DNA from: a bacterium
GTDB taxonomy: Bacteria; Patescibacteriota; Minisyncoccia; Phycocordibacterales; Phycocordibacteraceae
DNA length: 64,000 nucleotides
Direction of reading: 5' to 3'
Assembly: GCA_027311385.1 (NCBI GenBank)
Contig: DAICZA010000001.1
Location: forward strand, 5,271-69,270
Part shown: in pieces, positions 39,766 to 48,609 of the stretch
Layout of the letters: every line of letters starts with the position of its first letter
Position numbering within the stretch: the first letter of the stretch is position 1
Position numbers and translations under genes: made by a program
The notes under the pieces: model-generated
Told to the model about the DNA's origin: nothing
What the model saw: the letters and a program-made list of their open reading frames with translations, nothing else
Databases searched by the model: none

Positions 39766-40414
39766 GTTCCCAATCGCGCGGGAAAAGATGCCGGGCGATG
39801 TTGAATATGCCGTACGCCATAAACGGCGCCGCAAACACGTCAATGGAATAATGGATGTGCGCAAGCAACACCGCCACGCCGAAGACGAACGACAGCACGA
39901 AGAAGATGATGCGCGCCAGCCGTTCCCGCCAGAAAATAAGCGCCATCAGAAACGGCAAGGCGGTGTGTCCAGAAAAGAAGAAGCCGGTCTGGAAATTGAG
40001 ATAGAGATAGATACCGTCAAAGATGCCCGCACCCGGGTTGATATTGCCCGGGTAAATGCCGACGTGCGTCAGCGAGACGAACAAGGCGCGAATGGCGATG
40101 AAAAGCGCGACCGCCTTGAGACTGAAGAGGACGTGGCGCGGGCGCAGGAGCACGAAGAGCGACCCCGCGAGGATGCTGATGAGCGCGCCTTCCACAATGA
40201 TGAAATTCAGGTTCACCACCGGCAAATTATCCAGGAGCAAGTCTCCCACGTAGGTAGAGGTCGGCCGGAGCGAATACGCGAGCTCATACAAATTGGCGAA
40301 ATGCTCGGCGACAAACGCGCCGGCAAGCAGGAGGAGAGCGCCGAGGAGCGAGTACCGGTACGCCGGACCGAATATATCTCGCAGGGTGAAAGCATCAGTG
40401 TGTCGTGTCTCCAT
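39722..40414 (-). CDS. PAP2-related membrane protein (sphingomyelin-synthase-like)
   Basis: FFSGHT and HIHYSIDV motifs. Confidence 0.8.
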   Translation of the reverse strand: METRHTDAFTLRDIFGPAYRYSLLGALLLLAGAFVAEHFANLYELAYSLRPTSTYVGDLLLDNLPVVNLNFIIVEGALISILAGSLFVLLRPRHVLFSLKAVALFIAIRALFVSLTHVGIYPGNINPGAGIFDGIYLYLNFQTGFFFSGHTALPFLMALIFWRERLARIIFFVLSFVFGVAVLLAHIHYSIDVFAAPFMAYGIFNIARHLFPRDWELIEQGTAAQTAPAS

Positions 40415-40593
40415 AGCGGCCGATGATAGTACGAAGTGTAGCAGACCGGCGGACGCGAACGGCCTGTTGACAAGAAACTGCAGGTCTGCTATTCTGTGTG
40501 CATCAACCAGCGCTGGATCCAAAGAAGTGGGATCGAGCTTCTCTCTTCGGCTACTGATTTGATACCTTAGTCACACACACTATCTACTGCAGT

Positions 40594-40803
40594 ATGCAAA
40601 ACGGTACAGTCATCAAGAAGAACCAGAACGGCTTCGGCTTCATCAAAGTTGATGGAGCCGCGGATGGCGCGAAGGACCTTTTCTTCCACTCTAACGAGCT
40701 CCAGAACATTTCGTTTGACGAGCTCCAGGAGGGAGACAAAGTCTCGTTCACCATCGGCGACAGCCCGAAGGGCCCGAACGCCCTCGGCGTCAGCAAGGTC
40801 TAA
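40594..40803 (+). CDS. Cold-shock protein
   Basis: GFGFI (RNP1), LFFH (RNP2), KGPNA; TTGACA...TATTCT promoter and long 5' UTR. Confidence 0.93.
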   Translation: MQNGTVIKKNQNGFGFIKVDGAADGAKDLFFHSNELQNISFDELQEGDKVSFTIGDSPKGPNALGVSKV

Positions 40804-40818
40804 GCAATTAGATTGAGC

Positions 40819-40850
40819 AGAAATCGCCCCGCGAAAGCGGGGCGATTTCT
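40819..40850. terminator. Intrinsic terminator hairpin
   Basis: AGAAATCGCCCCGC-GAAA-GCGGGGCGATTTCT. Confidence 0.75.
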
Positions 40851-41253
40851 ATGTGGTGTAGTGCTTCACGCACCGGCAGCCGTAGGGCTTGATATGCTCG
40901 TCAAAATATTCCTCTCCGTAATCGTAGGTGAACTCTTCCCCCGCTTTGATGCTTTTTATCGCGTCAATGAAAATGCGCCCGCGCTCTATTTCCGGTTCGC
41001 AGTTGGGTGTGCAGGAGTGATTGATGTACCGCGCGATGTTTGAGCGCGCCGCGCCGTCAATGGTCTTGCGGGAGTTCACCTCAAAGAGATACTTGCTCCG
41101 GCTGGTGTACTCCTCGGCCGTGGTGAGCGTCCGGCCGGCGTATTCAATGATGCGCTCCCCTTTTTTGTACGGGCGTGTCGCGAAGAGGCCGAGTCCGGCA
41201 CTCGCTCTCCCCACCCGAACACCGTCGGGGTATGTTAGTTTCTTTCTCGCCAT
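40849..41253 (-). CDS. SET-domain protein
   Basis: GLGLFA, RYINHSCTPN, GEEFTYDYG, post-SET CRC. Confidence 0.92.
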   Translation of the reverse strand: MARKKLTYPDGVRVGRASAGLGLFATRPYKKGERIIEYAGRTLTTAEEYTSRSKYLFEVNSRKTIDGAARSNIARYINHSCTPNCEPEIERGRIFIDAIKSIKAGEEFTYDYGEEYFDEHIKPYGCRCVKHYTT

Positions 41254-41289
41254 ACCGTTTCGTCTCTCCGGTATAGCATTTCTCCGGCG

Positions 41290-41979
41290 CTATTTCCACT
41301 CAATGAGCTTCCCCGCTTTGAGTTCCATAGCATCGGCGCGGCGCACGTAGCGCCAGTTCCCTTTCGGCACGAGGAAATAATGCTTGCGTTCGGCGAGCGC
41401 GTCGGCGACGTTCCAGAGATCCGTCTCGGCGGTGAGCCACGCCGCGCCGATGCGGTCTGCCCCCGACGGGGCGCCGATGCGGTCTGCCCCCGACGGGGCG
41501 CCGATGCGGCGCATATCGAGCGGCTTGGAGTAGCACTCCAGTGTCTTCTCCCGCGTCTCGTTCATAAACCACTCGTGGAAATACGAGAGCGCGAGCTCGC
41601 GCGGCGTCCGGTACACGGGGTCGCGGAAGCGGAGCACGGCGTGATTCGTCTTGCTGATGGCGCCATAGCGCCCGCCGCGCGCATACAGCGCCACGACGTG
41701 GTCCACGTCGCCCTTCCCCATCCGCGACGACAGATTCATGATAATCGGCGGCTCGCCGTGGACCCAGAGCGCGGCGGCGGCAAGCAGAGCGCCCTCAATG
41801 CAGTGCGCCTTCTTCTCGCGCAGGACGCGGCGCGGGGACATATGCGTATCACCGCTCTTCTCCAGATTGAACGGGAGCGTGTCCAGGAAATCCTGAATCT
41901 TCGCCGGCGTAGAGAGCCGCGAGAGCGTCTCATACTCACCGCGATTGAATCCGGATTTGGCGCGAGTGAGATGCTTCAT
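41290..41979 (-). CDS. Conserved hypothetical protein (transglutaminase-like Cys/His); start codon rebuilt by E7
   Basis: AHCIEGALLAAAAL, DHVVALY, GAISKTNH, RDPVYRT.RELALSYFHEW. Confidence 0.75.
   Translation of the reverse strand: MKHLTRAKSGFNRGEYETLSRLSTPAKIQDFLDTLPFNLEKSGDTHMSPRRVLREKKAHCIEGALLAAAALWVHGEPPIIMNLSSRMGKGDVDHVVALYARGGRYGAISKTNHAVLRFRDPVYRTPRELALSYFHEWFMNETREKTLECYSKPLDMRRIGAPSGADRIGAPSGADRIGAAWLTAETDLWNVADALAERKHYFLVPKGNWRYVRRADAMELKAGKLIEWK
41444..41509. repeat. 27-bp in-frame tandem repeat (2.4 copies)
   Basis: GCGCCGATGCGGTCTGCCCCCGACGGG x2 + 12 nt, encoding RIGAPSGAD repeats. Confidence 0.9.
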
Positions 41980-42260
41980 CCCGTTAGAGATAGGAAACGC
42001 TTCAGTCTGTTTTTTAGATATCGTTTCCCCATCCCGGTTTTTAGATACGTCTCCCGAGCCGTTGCGTCGTTTAGATTGCGGCATGCTTCGTAATATACCA
42101 GTTCGTAGGGGCGGTGGCGTTTCGTCCACCCGCGTGGGGCTGTCTGGTGCTGGCTGAAGCGTTTCCGTAAATCATTCGTGACACCGGTGTACCAATAATC
42201 ACTTGTGAGGCTTCTGATGACGTACACATAGCACATGTTGTCATCTCTAACGGGATTCAT
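41976..42260 (-). CDS. GIY-YIG nuclease (94 aa) encoded across element E7
   Basis: YVYVIRS...WYTGVTNDLRKRFSQH...TKRHRPYELVYYE...ARETYLKTGMG; starts at host ATG, TGA overlaps rebuilt ATG. Confidence 0.9.
   Translation of the reverse strand: MNPVRDDNMCYVYVIRSLTSDYWYTGVTNDLRKRFSQHQTAPRGWTKRHRPYELVYYEACRNLNDATARETYLKTGMGKRYLKNRLKRFLSLTG
41979..42255 (-). mobile_element. Start-codon insertion element E7 (277 bp) carrying a GIY-YIG gene
   Basis: TIR TCCCGTTAGAGAT/ATCTCTAACGGGA; duplication TTCA at 41975-78 and 42256-59. Confidence 0.9.
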
Positions 42261-42322
42261 CCCGAAATGATACCGCATAAAAAGAGCGCGCCCCGAGACG
42301 GGGCGCGCTCTTTTTATATGTC

Positions 42323-42877
42323 CTAGTATTGAAGCGCGAGCGGGGTACTCGTATCGCCGGTGACGAGCGCCGCGAGCGCGGCCTGCGTCTTAGGAATGCG
42401 GTTGATAGCCACGTACCCGACGACGCGGACCGTGACGCCGCTGCAGACGCCGAGCACTTGTGCCGCGTTCCGCTTCCCCTTATCGGCGGTCGTATAGTCG
42501 GCGTTCGTCGGGAGCAACACGTCAACACGGTCGGTGTAGTGGGCATTCATCGTGTCTGCGATGACGCGATACCCGATGTGCGGCGCGACGACGTCATAGC
42601 CGCAGGTATCTGTGGATGACGCGGACGAGCCGTCAATCTCTATGATGGTGCCGAACGGCAAGGTGCCGGCGAGGTCCGGAGAGCGCGCCGCGACGACTTC
42701 CGGATTGGAATACGCGCCGGAGGCGGTCTCAAGCGGGCTGCTGTCGGTCTGTGCCGGGACGGCATTGTACGCGGTGAGCGTCACCGTATAGCTCGGTACC
42801 ACCGGCACGGCCGCATACGCGGGCGCGGCGCCGCCGGACAAAAGCAAAAACCCCATCAGGGCTGTGAGTGATAGCAT
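42323..42877 (-). CDS. Exported 3D-domain-like protein
   Basis: TAYNAVPAQTDSSP.ETASG, LPFGT, DTMNAHYTDRVD. Confidence 0.75.
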   Translation of the reverse strand: MLSLTALMGFLLLSGGAAPAYAAVPVVPSYTVTLTAYNAVPAQTDSSPLETASGAYSNPEVVAARSPDLAGTLPFGTIIEIDGSSASSTDTCGYDVVAPHIGYRVIADTMNAHYTDRVDVLLPTNADYTTADKGKRNAAQVLGVCSGVTVRVVGYVAINRIPKTQAALAALVTGDTSTPLALQY

Positions 42878-42961
42878 TGGATGTAGTTACCGAAATAGCT
42901 AGGAGCTACCTCGTTATTTTCATCTTAGCATATTGACAATATGCTGTCAATAGGTTGAAAA

Positions 42962-44365
42962 CTAGAATTCCTGGAGATGCGCAAGCACGTTTACGATGAC
43001 CGAGGCCTTAGCGCTGGTGCCGTAGCTGTTCACGCAGTCAATCGCGTACACGGTCTGGGTCGTAATGGAATCAGTTGTGCCTGCGGAACTAAGACCGGTC
43101 TTCGGCCATCCCGTGGATGTGGGGTTTTTGGTAACGGTGCAGGAAGTCGCATCTGCGGATGACCACGCGATTGATACGTTATTCGGTGTCGCCGGATTCA
43201 CGCGCGCGGTACCGGTTTGGCCGTTCACGGTAAATGTCGTGACTGACGGGACGATGACCGTCACCGTCGCATTGGCGGGCGGCGGCGGGCCGTAGGTGCC
43301 GCCGGTGCAGGTGAGCGCGTAGGAGGTGGTGGGAGGACTTGGAGGAACCGTAGCACTTACTCCCGTTGAATTGGAGATTGCACCGCCAGTGTTGAAACCG
43401 CTTCCGCCGGAGCACGATGTCGCACAAGTAGACCCGCCTGGGACCGACCACGTAAGCGTCGTGTTCTGCCCCTGATTCACTGTGCTCGGCGTCGCGGTAA
43501 GCGTGGAGGTGCAGGCCTGAACCGGAACGCCTTGAGTGCCTGTGCCGCTGTCAGTACAAGTAGCGGTCGTACTGCTGTGCGTGATGGTATCGGTTACCGT
43601 AACCGATGCGCTCTTCTGTCCGGCCGTGATGTAGGTTTTCTGGACCGAGGCTGTGGAGCCGGAAAGACCATCAGTACCAGTCCACGAGTAGGTGTATGAA
43701 CCCGACCCGCCCACGGTTGAGGAACTCCACGTGACCGGCTGATTGACGTACGGGCTTGCGGGGGAACCCGTACACGTGGTGACTATCTGGCCGGCGCAAA
43801 TGGCCTGGCTGGAACCGGTCACACCGTACGTGGAACCGTTGGTCGCCGTCCCGCTCGCGCTTATCCACCCTACCGGCGTGGAGCCCCATGCATACCCTGT
43901 CCAGCCGCAGGTCGGGCTCTGCACCATACCGTAGGAAGAGCCGTCGCTCGCGGTGCCCGAAAGCGATATCCAGCCGTCCCAGCCGCCGCTGTTGCCGTCA
44001 AGTGCGCCACTGCAGGCGTTTTTGTTGGCGAATGCCGCACACGCGAGCGCCCAGCCGGTGACTTTCCCGGTTACGAAATTGACTGCGGGAGCAGGGTGCG
44101 AGCCGTCAGATGCATTGAAGCTTATCCAGCCGATATTTGACGACCACGCGTAGCCGGAGAGTGCTCCGCTCACACTATCTTCGGACACGCCGTAGCCCGG
44201 ACCGCTGAAGCTGATCCAGCCCGTGTTTGAGGACCACGCGTAGCCGGAGAGCGACATTGCGGACGCGTTCGCAGTGCCGTGCAGGGTCAGGAGAACCCCG
44301 AGCGCAACAATGACCAGCACCGGCAGAGAGGAGCGGAGGCGGCGGAGCAGTGGCGCAGATGACAT
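42962..44365 (-). CDS. Ser/Thr/Gly-rich surface protein with PKD-like domain
   Basis: Signal peptide; repeated SGYAWSSNxGWISF motifs; YTYSWTGTDGL PKD-like region. Confidence 0.75.
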   Translation of the reverse strand: MSSAPLLRRLRSSLPVLVIVALGVLLTLHGTANASAMSLSGYAWSSNTGWISFSGPGYGVSEDSVSGALSGYAWSSNIGWISFNASDGSHPAPAVNFVTGKVTGWALACAAFANKNACSGALDGNSGGWDGWISLSGTASDGSSYGMVQSPTCGWTGYAWGSTPVGWISASGTATNGSTYGVTGSSQAICAGQIVTTCTGSPASPYVNQPVTWSSSTVGGSGSYTYSWTGTDGLSGSTASVQKTYITAGQKSASVTVTDTITHSSTTATCTDSGTGTQGVPVQACTSTLTATPSTVNQGQNTTLTWSVPGGSTCATSCSGGSGFNTGGAISNSTGVSATVPPSPPTTSYALTCTGGTYGPPPPANATVTVIVPSVTTFTVNGQTGTARVNPATPNNVSIAWSSADATSCTVTKNPTSTGWPKTGLSSAGTTDSITTQTVYAIDCVNSYGTSAKASVIVNVLAHLQEF

Positions 44366-44366
44366 A

Positions 44367-44666
44367 TTATTTTTTCGGCGTCAGCGATTCCAATACCGCG
44401 TTTGTGTCGGCCGGTGTCGGCGCAGGAGGAGACACCGACGCAGACGTCGTCCCCGCCGCGGGAGCGGGCGTGAGTTCGTTTAGTACCGTCGGCGCAGCCG
44501 GAGTACTCGTCGCGGTGAGTGAGTTAAGCACATCCTGCCGTGCGGGCTGTCGCCCCGAGACAAACGGGAACCAGCCGGCGACCCAGCTCGCCCAAAGCCA
44601 CCCGAGAAGGATAACTACGACGAGCATCAGCACTAAGAGGTACGGTTTTCCGGAGGAAGTTTCCAT
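44367..44666 (-). CDS. Hypothetical membrane-anchored protein
   Basis: TM + Pro/Thr-rich tail. Confidence 0.55.
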   Translation of the reverse strand: METSSGKPYLLVLMLVVVILLGWLWASWVAGWFPFVSGRQPARQDVLNSLTATSTPAAPTVLNELTPAPAAGTTSASVSPPAPTPADTNAVLESLTPKK

Positions 44667-44735
44667 ATGATTATCCTTTCATACAGTATACCTGGTGGTT
44701 CGGTTTGGCATTTGGATGTTGTGGAGAACGGTTCC

Positions 44736-45323
44736 CTATTTCTTCGCCGGCGGAGGGGTGTTCACGACGGGAGCAGTACCCGTGGTGCTTGCCATGCCAG
44801 TCGGGACGGCCGTCGTCGCCATACCGGTGACCGTGACGGTGGCCGCGTCAAAGGAGGACGCTGTTGAGACGTCCTTGCCGGCGTCAACCGTGACCATATC
44901 GCCCGCCTTGAGGTCGGAGAGCATAATTGTCGTCTGCGTGACGGGCATCGGCATTGGCGGCGGGGTTGCGGTGGTGGACGTAGCGGATTTCTGTACGGCT
45001 TTCTGATATGCCGCCATCTCCTGCTGGAAGACCGTCGGGTCAACCGGTGTACTCTTCACTATCTTGGTGGAGCTTGTCACCGTAACGGTGCGCGTGGCCG
45101 GTGTGGTCACAAACGGATTCGGCGATTGCGGCGTGTTGAGCGTGATGGTGTTGCCGGAGATGCCCTGTATCGTGCCGGAAACGGAGGTCATCGCCATCTG
45201 CGGCGGAAACGCTTCCTTCGCTTTGGTGAGTATTGCCGAGTATTGGTACCCCGCCCCGGCGTAGCCGATGACGCCGCCAATGATGAGCGCAATGATAACG
45301 CTGATGAAAGATGTTTTGGTCAT
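44736..45323 (-). CDS. Hypothetical membrane-anchored protein
   Basis: N-terminal TM; Thr-rich beta region. Confidence 0.6.
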   Translation of the reverse strand: MTKTSFISVIIALIIGGVIGYAGAGYQYSAILTKAKEAFPPQMAMTSVSGTIQGISGNTITLNTPQSPNPFVTTPATRTVTVTSSTKIVKSTPVDPTVFQQEMAAYQKAVQKSATSTTATPPPMPMPVTQTTIMLSDLKAGDMVTVDAGKDVSTASSFDAATVTVTGMATTAVPTGMASTTGTAPVVNTPPPAKK

Positions 45324-45380
45324 AGGGCTAGTATATCGTGGTTATTTTTTGTACTGAGGCCGGGCTGTGGAAATGTCCGT

Positions 45381-47366
45381 TCATTTCTTTAATAACTCTT
45401 GGACTTGTTGCTGTAACGCTTCTATTTCTTTCTGTAGAGTGTCAATTGTTTTTTGTTGGGCGTTGATTTTACTATCCAACGCCTGTACGCCTACTAAGGC
45501 GACACCGGCAGGGTCAATGGTTGAAATTGATTTATTATTGTCGCCCAATCCGAAGATTGAGTAGAAATCTTCGGCGACAGGACCGATATGTTTAGCACCT
45601 GTGTCCGTTTTATACACCCATTCGGTAATAGGCAGTTGATCGATTTTGCCTAATATTGATTGCGCGTCAACAGGAGTAAAGTTTTCCTTCAAGTTGCGGC
45701 TGGAACCGTTCACCCAATTGGCACCCGATGTATACTCACCATGGCTTCCCTGAAAATCAACACCTGATGCGCCATAGCCTTGGACGCCAGTCCAGCCGTA
45801 GCCGGATACGCCGATGCCGCCGGAACCGTAGGAGTTGCTACCGCTACCGGCGACGCCAACGATGCCCTCGCCGTAGACTCCGTCCTGGCCGCCCTGGCCG
45901 TGGACGCCATAGCTGGTGCCCCAGCCGTAGGTGCCGGTAAAGCCGCCCTCGCCATAAACGCCATAACCGCCGCTACCATTGCCAGCGATATTGCCGTAGA
46001 CACCATAGGCGGTGCCATTGCCGTAGACGCCATAGCTGCCGCTACCGTAGACACCTTGGCCGGTACCGCTACCATAGACGCCGATAGGACCGCCAGTGCC
46101 GGTTACACCATAACCTCCGGTCGTACTAATACCCGTGACGCCGTTTGTGTTACCAACGACCCGTTGAGCATCGAATTCTCCAGCGTAAGGAGTTGTGATG
46201 TAGCCGGCGTTGTTGGCGAGCTGACTCACATTCGTCAGGTTCCCGGAGGTCCATATCCTCTGCCAACCGCCGGTGAAGCTGTCGCCGTTCTGGATGCGGT
46301 AATAGAAATCACTGGGGTTATAGAAATTGCCGAGAAGCTGGAAGCCGTAGTTGTTCGCCGTGTTGACGTGGCGGAGGTTGAGGAGCGCCCACCAGGAGGT
46401 GTAGGGGACGTTGGTACCGGTATAGCCGTTATAGAATCCGGAAGACAACCAACTGTTTGGATCGCTAATCGACGTCGTCTTGGTGCTGTTGTCGCCGTAG
46501 ACGATGCGCGAGATATCAACACCGCTAAGCGTTGCGGCGTTGCCGCCGCTTGAGGACGGCCAGCTCGTGATGCAGGAGCCGCTGAGGCAGATAGACCCAG
46601 CGACGTCCAGCTTCCCCGCTGGATTCGTCGTCCCGATACCGACATTACCGCTCCCATTGATGTAGAGCCGTGAAGCGCCCCCGTTAGCTTGGAAGAGGTC
46701 AAGGAAATTCCAGAAGCGGAACTGCTCGCCATCGCCGGTTGTATTATGTATCGCATGATTCGTGTCGCCGGGTCCGGCCAGATACAGATAATTTCGCTCT
46801 ACTGATATGTCGCCTGAGACGTCAAGCTTCACTCCCGGGCTATTCGTCCCAATACCGACGTTGCCGCCGGAGAGTGCCAGTGTCGGCGTTCCTTGTGAAC
46901 CGCTAAAGTTCCACGGGAAAAAGCCTAGCGTATTCGTATTCTGGACATACCCCATTTGCCAAACATAATTACCCTGTCGAATAAATGCCAGAAGGGCTTT
47001 AGCTGTATCGGCTGGACGGGTTAAGTTAACCATGCCGTAAGTATTACCGTTATCAATTCCCGAATCGCCGATGCTTAACACCGGCTGAGCAGTTGTACCG
47101 TCTATCTCAAGTTTAGCCCCCGGGCTCACCGTCCCGATGCCCACGTTGCCGGACTGGACGATGAGGCCGTTGGTCGCGCCGCCCGTGTTGAGGAGGAGAC
47201 CGCCGGTCTTCGCCTGCGCGTTTGCGCTCGTGTCAAGCGGCGCGGATGCGTCGCCGTTTGGCGGCGAGGTAGACGGCTGGGTGAAAGCGAACGCCTGGAC
47301 GCCGATAGACAAGAGAACGGCGCCGACGACGAGTGCGATTTGCGAGAGATGATGCCGGAGGTTCAT
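45381..47366 (-). CDS. Secreted fibre-like protein with C-terminal intramolecular chaperone (peptidase S74) domain
   Basis: Signal peptide; GNVGIGT repeats; GVYG repeats; SSRNLKENF...HIGPVAEDF + coiled coil. Confidence 0.82.
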   Translation of the reverse strand: MNLRHHLSQIALVVGAVLLSIGVQAFAFTQPSTSPPNGDASAPLDTSANAQAKTGGLLLNTGGATNGLIVQSGNVGIGTVSPGAKLEIDGTTAQPVLSIGDSGIDNGNTYGMVNLTRPADTAKALLAFIRQGNYVWQMGYVQNTNTLGFFPWNFSGSQGTPTLALSGGNVGIGTNSPGVKLDVSGDISVERNYLYLAGPGDTNHAIHNTTGDGEQFRFWNFLDLFQANGGASRLYINGSGNVGIGTTNPAGKLDVAGSICLSGSCITSWPSSSGGNAATLSGVDISRIVYGDNSTKTTSISDPNSWLSSGFYNGYTGTNVPYTSWWALLNLRHVNTANNYGFQLLGNFYNPSDFYYRIQNGDSFTGGWQRIWTSGNLTNVSQLANNAGYITTPYAGEFDAQRVVGNTNGVTGISTTGGYGVTGTGGPIGVYGSGTGQGVYGSGSYGVYGNGTAYGVYGNIAGNGSGGYGVYGEGGFTGTYGWGTSYGVHGQGGQDGVYGEGIVGVAGSGSNSYGSGGIGVSGYGWTGVQGYGASGVDFQGSHGEYTSGANWVNGSSRNLKENFTPVDAQSILGKIDQLPITEWVYKTDTGAKHIGPVAEDFYSIFGLGDNNKSISTIDPAGVALVGVQALDSKINAQQKTIDTLQKEIEALQQQVQELLKK

Positions 47367-47449
47367 TGCCGCTTTTTTATACTCTCGCAGTATACCCTTC
47401 CTCAAGAAACGGGCACCGGGTCAATAGCCGGAAATGTGGATAGCGGACG

Positions 47450-48004
47450 TCAATTGACGTCCGCCTCCGGAACCTCTTTCACTACCATTTTGCGAGCCAG
47501 GTAAAACGTGACGCAGGCGACCGCGATGCCGATGACTGCCCCGCCGATAATATCCAACGGGTAGTGCACGCCCGCTGCGACGCGGCCGATGGTGATGACC
47601 GCCGCCGCGATGAAGAACCACGTGCCCCACGTCTTATTGTAGAAATAGAGCGCCGTCGCCATCGCAAAGAAGAACGTCGCATGCCCCGAGGGGAACGACC
47701 ATGCGCTGTCGGTGAACAAATTATGCACATTGGGGAGCGCATTGAACGGCCGCACCCGGTGGTAGAAAAAACGGATGACCTCAGCCACGCCGAACCGGGA
47801 GACGACGCTCGCGATAGAGGTCACCCAGAATATTTCCCACTTCTTCCGCACCGGATAGCTTGAGAAGTAGACGGTGACGAAGAAAAGAATGCCGACGATG
47901 TACGCCAGATACGACGCGCAGAAGACAATGAGCCAATCAAGCACGGGTGAATGCCCCGCAAGACTGTTCAGGGCGTAGAAGAGCTGGGTATCAAGAGCCA
48001 TCAT
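47450..48004 (-). CDS. PAP2 family phosphatase (undecaprenyl-PP phosphatase-like)
   Basis: RVRPF, SFPSGHA, GRVAAGVHYPLD. Confidence 0.9.
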   Translation of the reverse strand: MMALDTQLFYALNSLAGHSPVLDWLIVFCASYLAYIVGILFFVTVYFSSYPVRKKWEIFWVTSIASVVSRFGVAEVIRFFYHRVRPFNALPNVHNLFTDSAWSFPSGHATFFFAMATALYFYNKTWGTWFFIAAAVITIGRVAAGVHYPLDIIGGAVIGIAVACVTFYLARKMVVKEVPEADVN

Positions 48005-48025
48005 AGTGACAAATTTTTTATTATA

Positions 48026-48520
48026 TTAATGCATCGGCACGAGGGAACCGACGACGACGCCCATAATAATAGCCGCACCGCCCAGAAGCGCCATCCGCGC
48101 GCCGCGCCAGACCATCGGCAGGCGCGAGAAGCGAGCGCTCGCCATCCCGACGATGAAGAGCGCGATGATGGAGACGCCGATGGAGGTCGCGAGCGCGACC
48201 CACGTGCCGAAGATGAGGTACGGCAGAAGCGGAATGAGCGCCGCGACGACGAACGTGACGAACATCACCGCGCCGGCGGCGACAGACGGACCGTCGGCGA
48301 CGTCGGCCTTGCTCGCATACTCCTCCGCCGATTCCTCGGAGAGGAAATTCCCCACCGCCATGGAGAACGCTTCCACAAAGGCGTAGACAATGCCCGTCAG
48401 AGCCAAGGTCGCGTGCGGCGCGCCCGCGACATCAATGCCGGCGAGGAGCCCGACGGTGGAGACGAGACTGTCGGTCACGCCGAACACGATGGTGCGCAGA
48501 TAGAGCGCGGGCGATTTCAT
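48026..48520 (-). CDS. VIT1/CCC1 family transporter
   Basis: IVFGVTDSLVST, AFSMAVGNFLSE, LIPLLPY. Confidence 0.88.
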   Translation of the reverse strand: MKSPALYLRTIVFGVTDSLVSTVGLLAGIDVAGAPHATLALTGIVYAFVEAFSMAVGNFLSEESAEEYASKADVADGPSVAAGAVMFVTFVVAALIPLLPYLIFGTWVALATSIGVSIIALFIVGMASARFSRLPMVWRGARMALLGGAAIIMGVVVGSLVPMH

Positions 48521-48609
48521 AAAAAGGATCATAGCATGCGCCACACCGTTGTTTCCCCAAAAGAAAACCCGGCCGCGTTGCGCGGCCGGGCGTCGCTCCA
48601 AGGCGGAGC

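Noticed and set aside
45381-47366. Prophage suggested by the tail-fibre-like gene
   Set aside because: It has a signal peptide and no terminase, capsid or integrase neighbours
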